In this document: in pieces, positions 25,301 to 36,469 of the stretch | How positions within the stretch are numbered: position 1 is the stretch's first letter | Layout: each line of letters starts with the position of its first letter | Source: Marsupella aquatica | Lineage: Eukaryota > Plantae > Marchantiophyta | Assembly (NCBI GenBank): GCA_973895155.1 | Contig: OZ316891.1 | Span: 13,547,037-13,611,036 of the forward strand | Reading direction: 5' to 3' | DNA: 64,000 bases | Translations under genes and position numbers: made by a program | The notes under the pieces: generated by a model | Told to the model about the DNA's origin: nothing | Databases searched by the model: none | Seen by the model: only the letters and a program-made list of their open reading frames with translations

Positions 25301-28300
25301 CCTGTTGTTACCACTCAGCTTGTAGGAGAACTCTGCCATGAGATTTTACCTCCAATCTTTAACAATCAGGCGATACAATTTTCCAGATTGGTACACATAT
25401 CCAAAACAAACTCACCACACCAATTAGTAACTCAACATCCAAACGGTTAAAGTATCTGTATGTGGGCAAAGAAAATGCATTAAAAAAAACGAAGAATAAA
25501 GAGCTCATAGCGTATGCAAAGAGCAGCGGACCCCATGCTTGGCTAATTTTAGGAGTGGACAGTTGTTCAGCTATTTTTTAGCAATGGTTTTGTGCATTCT
25601 TGGTGACCCACACTTGGGCAAATTTAGTAATGGATCCATGCTCAACTAATCAAATTTAAAAATGGATCCATGCCCTCAGCCTAACCCCCTCGCACTCTGC
25701 TCTGGGGTGATGGGCACTGCCAGATTCTTCAAATGTGGTGATCTCAGTGATGAAGGATCTTCCGTGATTAACCAGGTTTTAAGTCACTTAACCCACTGCC
25801 CAAGAAAGTGACACTGTAGAAATTAATCTACAAAAGTGGCAAGTGGTGATATATGACAAAAAAGGTGACAATCTACTGTAGGAAAACCCAGTGTCTGAAA
25901 TATCAAGGCATACAAAACGTCACGGTAGTTCCTTGGCATAACTTGTTCCACCTTGTTTTTAACTACGTTACTTTAGATGATGTCATTTGCTTACTACCAC
26001 TTTGGCGGAGAAATGCGACGAGAACCCCTGGTTTCTCCCCCTGGTTTCTCTATCTTTGGTAGTTTAGTTTTGCTCGGCCTCTGTGCTCAGTTGTCTCATC
26101 AGTTGATTCCCTGTGGAGCTGTGTGAACATAAGCTTAAGCTTTCCACCCCCTTTTGTTTGGTCCTGGTCGTTGAGGCTGTTTATACTTGTTCTATGTGCA
26201 ATGAATAATTGGCCTTTTTCGCTGCCCATGACTTGCATCCCGTTGCACGGCTGCTTGTCTAGCATGGGATTTTCCACCCTCCCCCCCCCCCACCACCACC
26301 CATCCCCCAAAATAATAATAATTTGTTGGCTGCTAACTTTCCTATTTTTCAAATAAAGGTTTGGGATCTAGTCCCATTTTCCTGTAAAAACAACCTTTCC
26401 CATTTTTTGTAGTATTCCATCCCTTTGTCCCACATTAAGGTCGTGCCATTCCCCCAGTTGCTCCATCTGAGTCTCAGGCTGGGATGTGGGTTAGCAATGT
26501 TTTTAGTGGCAGAATAATTTGACAAATTCTACCTCACTGAAGTTTTAGCCACTTTTGGTAAAAATTCACCAAATGTTTTTTTGTCTTTGATTAGCCAGTT
26601 CCTTAGCTAGCCACAGACCCCATCTGACAGTTATCCTTCAGTTTGGGGAGATCTAATGGTCCTAAATTAAAACTCCGAAATTTAAATAATGAATATTCTC
26701 AGCATCTTGGCTGTCACGCAAGTGTGACATTAGCAACCCTGTCGGAAAGAAAACACCTAAGAAATGACCATGATGTGTATTGTGGGATCCCTCCCATGAT
26801 AAGTATGTGGATCAAGCATTCAAATGATCCCATTATACACAAAGTAGTGTGCTGACCCCAACAGTCCAAATACAGACACGCACAAGAAATGGCCGTCTCC
26901 ATTTATTCCACTAAGCATACTTGACGAAGTACTTACCTCGAAATTGTCCCCTTTTTGTTAGCATACGGTTTGGAGCTAGAGAAACGACCAAAAGCTTGAA
27001 GTCAATGTTATTCAACGGTCGGCCAAAACCACTACAATGCAAATGAACTTGTGGATCTTAACTCACTTGTGATTCTTATGTGATTCTCAACTTTTCGTTT
27101 GATTCCATGCCTTCCAATATTTTGGGCTTCCTTGACTTATGTTGGGCGGTCACTCACTACGGGATGAGCATTTTCCATCGTTCTACTGTATGTCAGATGT
27201 CAATTAAATGGCTTGCTTGAAAAGGAGAAAATGGATCCCAAGGATCTCTGTTATCATCGAAGCACACAAATTCTTCTTAAGGATTAAGACAGATAGAGTG
27301 CGACAAGAAAGTTTGCTGCCAAAATTTTATCTCAGTGTAGTCATGGACAAAGCTCTCCCCAGCACTATGTCGCTGGTGTTTCTTTTTGCCATCACCCACA
27401 AATTTCATAGCACCTCTCTCTATAGTCGGCCCGCCGGGCCACAGGGTTTGAATCAAACCTCCTCCGGGCCATCAGTTGGAGGAAATATGTAACCATTTTC
27501 TTTTTATACAAAACTGTGGTATATTTGTAAATACAAAGAAAACCATGGCACTATTATCAATTTAAACATCTTTAGTGTCCAATTACTTAAAATTTATTTT
27601 TATTTTTGTGTTCCCCAAATTATTTAATGTTACCAATCTGTCTTACGAAGTAATCCCAACTATCAGGTTACCCTAGGTTTTGCTTCCAGGGCAAAAGTAC
27701 GTTTGGAGGGGTTATCTTGCAAACCTCCATCTGTCCGTGGACCAGTTGTATGCTGATAATCAAGCTAAGCTAAGCCAACCCATATACAAACTGGGGGGGC
27801 AACTTGATTATTACATTAGTTTTGGGGGCAGTTTAGTAACTTTGACCATTTTGAGTGATAGGATACTTAAAAATGGAATATATATATTATATACATTTAT
27901 ATTCTTCAAGCGAACATAAAAAGTCAAGAGAACCAAAACTTTCCAACTCCAAGACAAGACCCCACAGGCAAGAGACCCAGTAAAGGGGAGAAAACAAGAG
28001 AAATGTCTACCCGGTCGTATGCATTGGCCTTCTCGTCTAAAGTCATGGGGAGTGGTGACCTTCGAAAGAATAACTTTTTAAATGGGGTGAGACATTTATT
28101 ATTATAATACAAATATAATGATTATTTTATTTTAGCACAGATATGACATAGGGTCTGCCTCCGCCCACAAGAGTCTGGGCACTGACTGTCGCATTTCTCC
28201 AGAACCGAGGTCAACGCATGCCTAAAATATGGTCACTCTGGTGTTGTGCAAAGCATTGCACATGTGGAAAGGAAAACAGGAAAAACAAAGAGGTCCAATA

Positions 28301-31083
28301 CTGACAGTATGCAGACCCGTATGCAGATTTGAAAATTGAGTCTAGGAGATACTTTTAAGGGACTCAGTACAACAACGGTGTTTTTTCTTTCTTTCCTGTA
28401 TCACAGCACTGCTGTTTTGTCTTTGTTTGTATTCTAATTTTGAACAGACAAAGGTTTAGGGTTTGAACATTGAACCCAAGTGTTTCTGAGTTAGAGGTAA
28501 CGCGGCTCGGGCAGGGAAAAACTTTTGCTATGGTTTATTGATATGAAGAAATATTAAAAGTCAATTAGGCCAAAGACAAAGCAGATTAGGCTGCACACCC
28601 CAGAGGGAACCGAGGAAACACTCACGACAGCCATAATTGTCTTTTGTAAATTATTTTTCTCTACAAAAGATACTTGTTTGTCTTTACAACAACACTGGTG
28701 TTCTCCAAAGGGGAAAAACAACAGTCTATATGATGCTTTAGAGTGCCTCAAAAGGCGGGCAGCCCATTATTTCTTCTTATCACTCTGAGATCAAATCTGG
28801 ATGGTGCAATGAGTGGAAACAATCACAAGAACCGGGCGCCCATTCAGATATGTCTATCAATTGTACATGGCAACCTTGGGCCTAAGGAAATGATGGTGCG
28901 CGGTGCTTGTTTTGTCTCAAATTTTAGACAGCCTCCAGAGGTGGTCCAGATATTTCCACACATTGGCTCCTTCATTTAAGAGATATGCATGTGTTGATCT
29001 TCATTTCAAAAGATTTATGGTCTAAAGTCTATCATTATAACAATAAGTGACCCTCCAGTTATCTCTGGTGGGAAAAAGGTCACGAGTGCCCTTCACCTTC
29101 TTGTAAAGCCACCCATAGACTAATATTTATTCTAACACTGCCAAAGAGCAAAAAGCTCCAAACCTGAAAACAGGACCAGGAGACAAGAGACCCAATAAAG
29201 GGGAGACAAAAGAAAACCCAAGGAAAAACCAACGAGGCAAAAAGCCAAGAGCCAAAAGCCCTAGAGCTGAAAAGCCCAAGAGTCAAGAACTAAAGATTAG
29301 GGGACCTGGCGGTAAGAGACCCCATAAAGGGGAGACAAAAGATAACCCAAGGAAAAACCAACGAGGCAAAAAGCCAAGAGTCAAGAAGTAAAGGTAGGGG
29401 ACCTGGAGGTAAGAGACCCCAAAACGGGGAGACTACACAAGAAAACCCAGGGAAACGTTGTAGCCAAAAAGCCCAAGAGTCAACAATAGCGGCAAATGAA
29501 CTAAAGGATTTAGAAAGAGCAAAAAGTACATTGACGAAGCGAGGAGTCCTCATGGAATAAGTGCTTTTAGCATGTCCAGATTGACAACATGACATGTTGA
29601 ATCTGCTCAATTGTGACGTCGTCAATGGTCACGTCGTCAATGGTCTCATGCGAGAAAGACTACCCGGAAAATCCAGACTTCTCAAACGTCAGAAAGTGTC
29701 CTCCCTTAGTAACTGTTCCACTTTCTTCCATATAGAAAAGAAAAAAAAACAGTTGTCCTCATCCCGTTTTCTGTCCCAGGTGTATTTTTCCTCCTCTTTT
29801 CTGAATGAGTACTTTAGTACCCAATAAAATTCAATATTCAGTAGAAGCCGAATCCTACAGGAAAGGGCAAGGCACCTTTCCTCGGTTTTGAAGGTGCCAA
29901 GCCCCCCCCTCCACCCAACTGAAGAGCCAGGCCTAGTGCTAATTTCTACCCCTTCACTCCTACTCGAAAGGGGACCACACCCACAATCTTTCGTGTTTTC
30001 TATTTCTTCACGAAGGAGTGATTCCGTGTAAACACAAAATTTAGTGAACTTCCACCGTCAGATCCACTTCGATTGACGACCAGCATTAGATCTGAGATTT
30101 GGCGAAAACCGTACCTCTCCCCAGAACAAGTTACGAGGTGAATTTACGCACGGATTCACATGCATTGTTAGTTAGATAGTTTCGCCAGGTGTGTTTTCAG
30201 GTACGATGTTGCCGCAATTCGCCCGAAAAGGAAACCTGACTCCTCATCGACTCATCCCTCCTGACCTCAACCTCCTCTTTGGTATTCTTCGCCCCCTAAA
30301 AACACACGTGCTATCTAGGAAGCCTGTTGAAGTGTTCCAGATAAATGAGATAATCGTAGAGCGCCTTGCTGGAAATTATAGCCGGAGGGCCCAGCAATTG
30401 CGCAAGCCATAGACGGGCACCCACACCGAAAACACACGTGTATTTGATAGAATTGGTGTAGAATAAAATAGTCCGAAGGTAAAGTGGTGGAGAGTTTGGT
30501 GGGTCTGCCCTCTCTATTTTCAACCATTATTTCTGTGGAGACGACCGGTCACTGGTGGCTGAGCTGCCTAACTCGCTGCCCGAAGTCCGAACGGACCGAC
30601 CCGACCCGAGCGACTTCCGTCGGCACTGCTCTTTCGGCGTCGGTGCTTCGCAGTCCGTCCGTCCGTCCGTCCGTCCATCAATCAACCCCCTCCTCCTGAA
30701 GTCCCGGGCAGCATCAGAGAGAATGATGCCGCTGTCTTACCTCGCGCAACAACATCACCGGATTTAGCTACACAGCAGTAAAAGTGAGCGAATAATGACA
30801 AGCACGCATGGACAAACTCAATCACACTGCGATAACGTATCCTGCCCAGACTGGCACAGCAGCCCGCTCGCTGGGCTGCTCCAAGTCCGGCACGTTAACT
30901 GTTAACTGCCGCAGGGGGCAATAATAAAATAATAAACGAAAAATTGGGGTGCTCGGAAAAGCGTCCCAGGAAGGAACAAAACGAGGCGACGCATGTGTTC
31001 CAAGTCGGGGCAGAATCCGAATGCAAAAAACGGAGCATCTCAATTCCCGGCCAGCAGCGGCGCGCCGCCACCGGCGAGGCCTT

Positions 31084-31255
31084 CCACGTGGACGTGTTGT
31101 TGACAAACTACTGTCCTGTCTTGTACTGTACTGTACTCTACTCCAGTTCGGTGCTGTACCGTCAATCCTGTCTTTGCACTTATGTTGTAGCGTAGTAGTG
31201 CGGAGTACCGTAGAGTACTAGTAGTAAGTTGGCCCAGGTGGTACAGTGTGGTACC
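31084..31255 (+). promoter_or_regulatory. Candidate cis-element cluster upstream of the MAP3K: G-box/ABRE pair plus 8 GTAC cores
   Basis: CCACGTGGACGTGT at ~31084-31097; GTAC at 31123, 31128, 31133, 31156, 31205, 31215, 31241 and 31251. Function is inferred. Confidence 0.4.
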
Positions 31256-32581
31256 AACCAGCCTGGGAGTCGCGTCCGCCGGTTTCTCTGGTTTCACCGT
31301 CTCAAAGTAGGCCAATGACTACGGCCAGTTTTCTGCCCCAAGGGCTACGGCCACCACGGGACGACGACGTCGACGACGTCCGTTCCGGACCGGACCGGGC
31401 CGTAAGGGCAGGAAGGAGGGCAGGCAGGGCTGGGCTGGGGTGGAGGAGGAGGAGGAGGCCAGGAGGGACTCGTGAAGGAGCAAGGAGTCAACTGCAGGAA
31501 GGGGAGGCGGAAGGGGTAAATAAGACTGTACATATGACCGCAGTCAGTCGCAAAGGTGAGGGGACGTGGACGCATGACTCATGAGACGAGGAGAGCATCC
31601 AGAACGTGGAGAGGCGGGCTCGCGGCGGGAGAGGTCCAGATTAAATTATTTTTCTATTATTGCAGAATAGAAGTTTGGCCGGAAGCGGAACGGAAAGGAA
31701 AGTGGAAGAACGAAGAAGGCAGGACGGCCGGGCGGTCGGGTGACCAATCGGGGCATCAAGGTCGCCGGCGACTGGCGGAGGGTCGTTTCGGAGAATATGG
31801 TTGGGTGGACGGGAGTCCATAACCCTGCCCGGCGGCAGAGCCCGGTCCCGGAATGCTTAAACCCCCACTTGGGGTAGAAACGAGAAAGAAAATAGCGTGA
31901 ATGGGTGAATCGGGGTTGTGGGCACTACTACGACTAGTAGGGTACGGACGGGTATGGCAACTTACTATTCCCGTACGTGCGGGTAATGATCGGGGCTGAT
32001 GTCTGGTGCTGGCTGCTGCTGCAGCCTCGTGCTGATCTGCCCGCGCAGGTTGGCCAAGCGCCGAGGGGGGGAGTCGTAGTGCTTCCAGGTGAGAGAGTCA
32101 GGGGCAGAGCGGGCAGCGGGGCAGGCCAGCGATGGAACGAGGACAGAATGCTGGTGCCTGGCCTCGGCCTTTTTAACCTCCACGACCGGAGACGATTTTG
32201 GGGTCTTTTATTCTCCTTGTCGTTCTTTTGCATTGGCGCTCTCTCTCTATCGCTCTATCGCTCATTCTCTCATTCTCTCATTCTCTCCGCTGTCTCGGCA
32301 TCGCTTCCCCCGCTGCGTTGGGTTGCGTGGAAACTATCTTGCGAGTCTGCGAGACGCGACGAGAGAGTTGTATGTCCATGTAGGAGAGACTTGTGTGCTA
32401 CGAAAGGAAAGCGGGATTGGAAGCCAGATGTAGCAACTCAGCGAATGTGCCCGCGAGTGCACTCGTGGAGGAAGGGAGGCGGAATTGGTTAAGATTGCGC
32501 AGGTGGGAAACAGGGTGGATCGGTAGTGTCACTTTGTAGAAAGACACGACAGGGAGATGGTGTGGAATTAGGCGTCAAAGG

Positions 32582-34951
32582 ATGACGGCCAGCTCTCGGA
32601 AGGATATAACCATGGTGGAGGACGTGAAGGATAGGAGTGGAGAAATGGAAAGGAAGGTGAATTCTTGGATTAGGGGGGATCTGATTGGGGCGGGGGCTTT
32701 CGGGAAGGTGAATTTGGGGTTGGATAGGGAAACCGGAGAGTTGTTTGCTGTTAAATCGATCGAGTGTCATGAAAGAATGAGCAGTGAGATGAGGGCGATG
32801 GAGAATGAGGTTCAAATTCTGCAGTGCTTGGATTCGCCGTTCGTTGTCAAGTGTTTGGGATCGTCTTTCTCGGTGGAGAACGGTAAGAGCATGCACAATG
32901 TGTTCGTCGAGTACATGCCGGGGGGCAGCGTGGCAGATCTCATGAAGAAGTTCGGAGGACACTTCGAGGAACCGTTGATCAGGAACTACACCCGCAGCAT
33001 TCTTGAGGGCATTCTGTATTTGCACTCTCAGGATATCGTGCACTGTGACATAAAAGGGAGGAACGTGCTGGTGGGGAACACTGGCGTCAAACTCGCCGAT
33101 TTCGGGGGTGCTAGGAGATTGTTAGATGGAGACACTGCCGTTAAGGTGGATTCCGGCCTTCTGAATGTGAAGGGCACGCCATTGTGGATGGCTCCGGAGG
33201 TTGTCCAGCAGGTCGAGCAGGGCCCGGCATCCGACATTTGGTCCTTGGGATGCACCGTGGTCGAGATGGCCACAGGGAAGGCGCCTTGGAGTGACATAGC
33301 TGGTGCCGCGAATCCTTTTGTGGCTCTTTACCACATTGGGTGCACCGAGCAAGTGCCTGACCTCCCCTCCAGCCTCTCTAAGCAGGGCCAGGACTTTCTG
33401 AGCAAATGCTTTCAGAGAGATCCCAACCTGCGCTGGACTGCAGCCCAGCTTTTGCAGCACCCGTTCATCACCGACTTCTCCTCCACCACAATTCAATCCA
33501 ACAAGTGCAATGAGACTCGGTTGGAGTCGACTTCTCCAGTCTCGGCTTTCGATTTTCCTAGCAGCAGCAGCGCGACCCTCACGTCTTCCATTGTCAATTC
33601 CGTTCCAATCCTCAAATCCCCCCTCTTCACCAGGCGTTGCCCTCAGCAGCAGCAAGCCGCGAATTTCTTCCAGACAGAGGAAGCGCTTGTTAAGCAGCAC
33701 AAGGAGAGCACCACTCCCAGCTCCTCATACGGCGGCACTGATTTTTGGTGCAACTCTCCTCTCAGCCCACTCCCGGGCCAGTGGATTGATGTACGCACAC
33801 CCAAGACTGTCTCCACCGCTTCTTCCCCTACCGTGTGCTCTGCTGCTAGTGAAATGACAGCGAAATCCAGAGTTGAAGAAGATGACGAACCGACGGTTTC
33901 AATTTCAATTGCTCAAGAATGCGAGGATCCCTTACTGGAGGTGACGGGCGAGATCCCTGCGATGACCTCCTTCGCTGCCATGGAAAAGGAAGTTCGCACG
34001 GCGGAGGATGAAGACGATGAGCAGCAGCGCGAGAGCCTGGAGATAACGACAGAGCAAGCTTCGTGCAGCAGCAGCAGTAGCAGAGCTAGACAGTCGTCTG
34101 CGTGCTACAAAACGAGCATCGAGCAAGTAGAGGATGGCATGTTGCGAAGAGATACTGAAAGCCGGGGTTCCGACAGACCAGCTCGTTGCGGTAGCAGCTC
34201 ACCGACAACAACCGGACCAGAAAAGAAGAAATTAACTAGAAGAAGTCGGACGAGACATCGTGACCATTTGAAATATTGCTGCCGTCGGGGTGCTGCCTGT
34301 GACCTACGGTGCATTGATGGTCGTGGCAGACCCAGACGGAAGCCGAAATACGCTTCGTTGAGAGCCACTCTTAGAATACTAGCATCAGCTCATAGAAAGT
34401 TGACCTTTAGAGGTAGGCCGAATCCTCAATTTCAGAGGTTGCGGGTCGGAAGACAATTCCATCGAAAACTGTCCAGACTAGGCAGAAATTTAAGGCCTTT
34501 GTCGTTCAGGGAAACGCTATTGCCCCCTGAACGGATTTCCGATGTCTTGGAAGGATCATTAATTGTAGGTGCAGAACCGCAACAATCATTTTTGAGAAAC
34601 AAATTGTTTCTTTATAAAGGCGCCTCTCGCATCTGGCGGCTTCTATACACATTCTCGATTTCTGTGAACTCTTGCGATATTTGTCACATGGTTGGTTGTC
34701 TCGTGCTTTTTGGAATTGATTGTTCGTGCTCTGTTTGTTCATATTTTGGTCATCGTATTTGCTCGAGCTGCCTGCTGTCTGGGCTTTTAAGTGAGAATTT
34801 TGTGGATTTGCCCTTAACTCGTCCTAACTTCGAAGATACTTCAATCTTGAGTTTTCCTCACCAGGATGCTCTGCTGTTGATGCAGGTCGTTTGCAATGTT
34901 CATTTGGATGACGGTAGCGATTCATTGTTTGAATGGAGAACAAACTTATGA
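32582..34951 (+). CDS. MEKK-type mitogen-activated protein kinase kinase kinase (MAP3K13-20 / NPK1-like group), single open reading frame
   Basis: 789-aa ORF with a complete N-terminal kinase domain: GAGAFGKV, FAVKS, EYMPGGS, HCDIKGRN, LADFG, GTPLWMAPEV, SDIWSLGCTVVEMATGKAPW. The kinase domain has no intron. The true start may be the Met of MVEDVK or MERK, and the C-terminal tail may be spliced. Confidence 0.93.
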   Translation: MTASSRKDITMVEDVKDRSGEMERKVNSWIRGDLIGAGAFGKVNLGLDRETGELFAVKSIECHERMSSEMRAMENEVQILQCLDSPFVVKCLGSSFSVENGKSMHNVFVEYMPGGSVADLMKKFGGHFEEPLIRNYTRSILEGILYLHSQDIVHCDIKGRNVLVGNTGVKLADFGGARRLLDGDTAVKVDSGLLNVKGTPLWMAPEVVQQVEQGPASDIWSLGCTVVEMATGKAPWSDIAGAANPFVALYHIGCTEQVPDLPSSLSKQGQDFLSKCFQRDPNLRWTAAQLLQHPFITDFSSTTIQSNKCNETRLESTSPVSAFDFPSSSSATLTSSIVNSVPILKSPLFTRRCPQQQQAANFFQTEEALVKQHKESTTPSSSYGGTDFWCNSPLSPLPGQWIDVRTPKTVSTASSPTVCSAASEMTAKSRVEEDDEPTVSISIAQECEDPLLEVTGEIPAMTSFAAMEKEVRTAEDEDDEQQRESLEITTEQASCSSSSSRARQSSACYKTSIEQVEDGMLRRDTESRGSDRPARCGSSSPTTTGPEKKKLTRRSRTRHRDHLKYCCRRGAACDLRCIDGRGRPRRKPKYASLRATLRILASAHRKLTFRGRPNPQFQRLRVGRQFHRKLSRLGRNLRPLSFRETLLPPERISDVLEGSLIVGAEPQQSFLRNKLFLYKGASRIWRLLYTFSISVNSCDICHMVGCLVLFGIDCSCSVCSYFGHRICSSCLLSGLLSENFVDLPLTRPNFEDTSILSFPHQDALLLMQVVCNVHLDDGSDSLFEWRTNL

Positions 34952-36469
34952 ATGGAGGTCCTGAGTTTTTCGTTCAGTTTTGCATTTTGGAGAACGGGCG
35001 AGTGTGTTACAAACGGAGCGAAATATCATTGTGTCAATTATCTTCAACTTCCTGCGGATTGTATTGCTGGGTGTTACGAGTTCAGAGCCCAAGCAATGGC
35101 AGGGAGCGAGCGCGTACTGAAAAGTCGGAATCAGTATCAAATCATTAAATTAATCCCGATTCCTCCCTTTCGTTGTACGCGTAGGCTCTCGCGTAGGCTC
35201 GCTCCATGTTCAGGTGTTTCTGTAGCGTGTCGTCTGTGGGTTGCCAAACATTGTTGGTGGCTGCTGACTCGCACCAATGTGTGTGAACTGCGAACGGCGG
35301 GATTGTTGCTTCAGCCACGAGGCGGATAACGCAATAGCATGGAAGGCTAATGCAGAAAAAAGTGAACGGGGACTTTCCACAAGACGTTGTTCACTAGAGA
35401 GTCTCAGCCTTCAGTGCCGTGACATGTGGTGGTGGGGCAGAAGTTTGGGTCAAGACCACACTTTGTGAAAACACAAGGAGTTCTCTTTCCACGAAGAGTG
35501 CAAGCAAGCGAACTTGAAGTTTCCTTCTCTTCGTTGACTAGGCTGCAGCACCTTCTTAGAGTCCATTGGTCTGGTCAGCCATTTTTTCCCTCTCTGCGTA
35601 GGTTTTGGTCTTTGCGGGGGGCTTTTCTCGTGCTTTTGCTGCTCACTCGCTTTGAGCCTCCTCTGTCATAGCAATTTCCTCTTCTCATGACGAGTCCAAT
35701 CCACTACATCCTATACGGGAACTCTAATCCAATCCGCAAGTCATCCGTGACTTCTTCCCCACTTTTCTCCTCCCCTGCTGACGAGTTAGTGCAGCATCTC
35801 TGCTCTATTCTTTTCTTGAGAGTCTCGAGTTACGGAACTTACCCCATCCGCCACCAAGAAGCCAGCATCAGCAGAGGAAGCTGTTTCGCTAGCTTCGCTT
35901 CGTTTTCGTTTAGCGAAGTTTCACTTTTCCTTGCGTCTTTCCTTGTCCAGGTCTTTGAAAAGGGTTTGCGTTTGCCCGAATTTTGCTTTCAATCCATTGG
36001 TACCTTGTTTGTCCCTTTTTAGTAAATTGGTTCCTTTTCTGTTCTTTTCGTTAGGCTGAAGATAAGAAAAGGGACTCTTTTTATAGCACCCCCACCTGTC
36101 CTCTATCCAGCCCAGCCTGAGTGAATGTACCAGATCAATCAGCTAAATCTCTGATAGCGAAGGCTGTTTGGTGTGCCTTAATTAGTGAATTGGTTTGTCT
36201 CGGAGGTAGTGCCTTAATTAGTGAATGGGTTTTTTTTCCTTTCATTAAACCACACCTGTCACTATAAAAGCCTCATTTCATGTCTCCCTACTCACCATAA
36301 AAGGTGGAACAATAACACGTTTTGTGGAATATTTGCCAAAAAAAGGTTTTACAGTCAGCACCTTTTGTGGAGCTTAAAATACATCTCTTAACTTCTCCTT
36401 CTTAGAATGAGAGCTATGGGTTACCCGTAGCCCTTTATAGGGGCAGGTGTGATTTAACAAAAAGAAATG

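Noticed and set aside
31977-33857. Several 90-190 aa ORFs overlapping or preceding the MAP3K
   Set aside because: Shadow ORFs from GC-rich coding and leader sequence.
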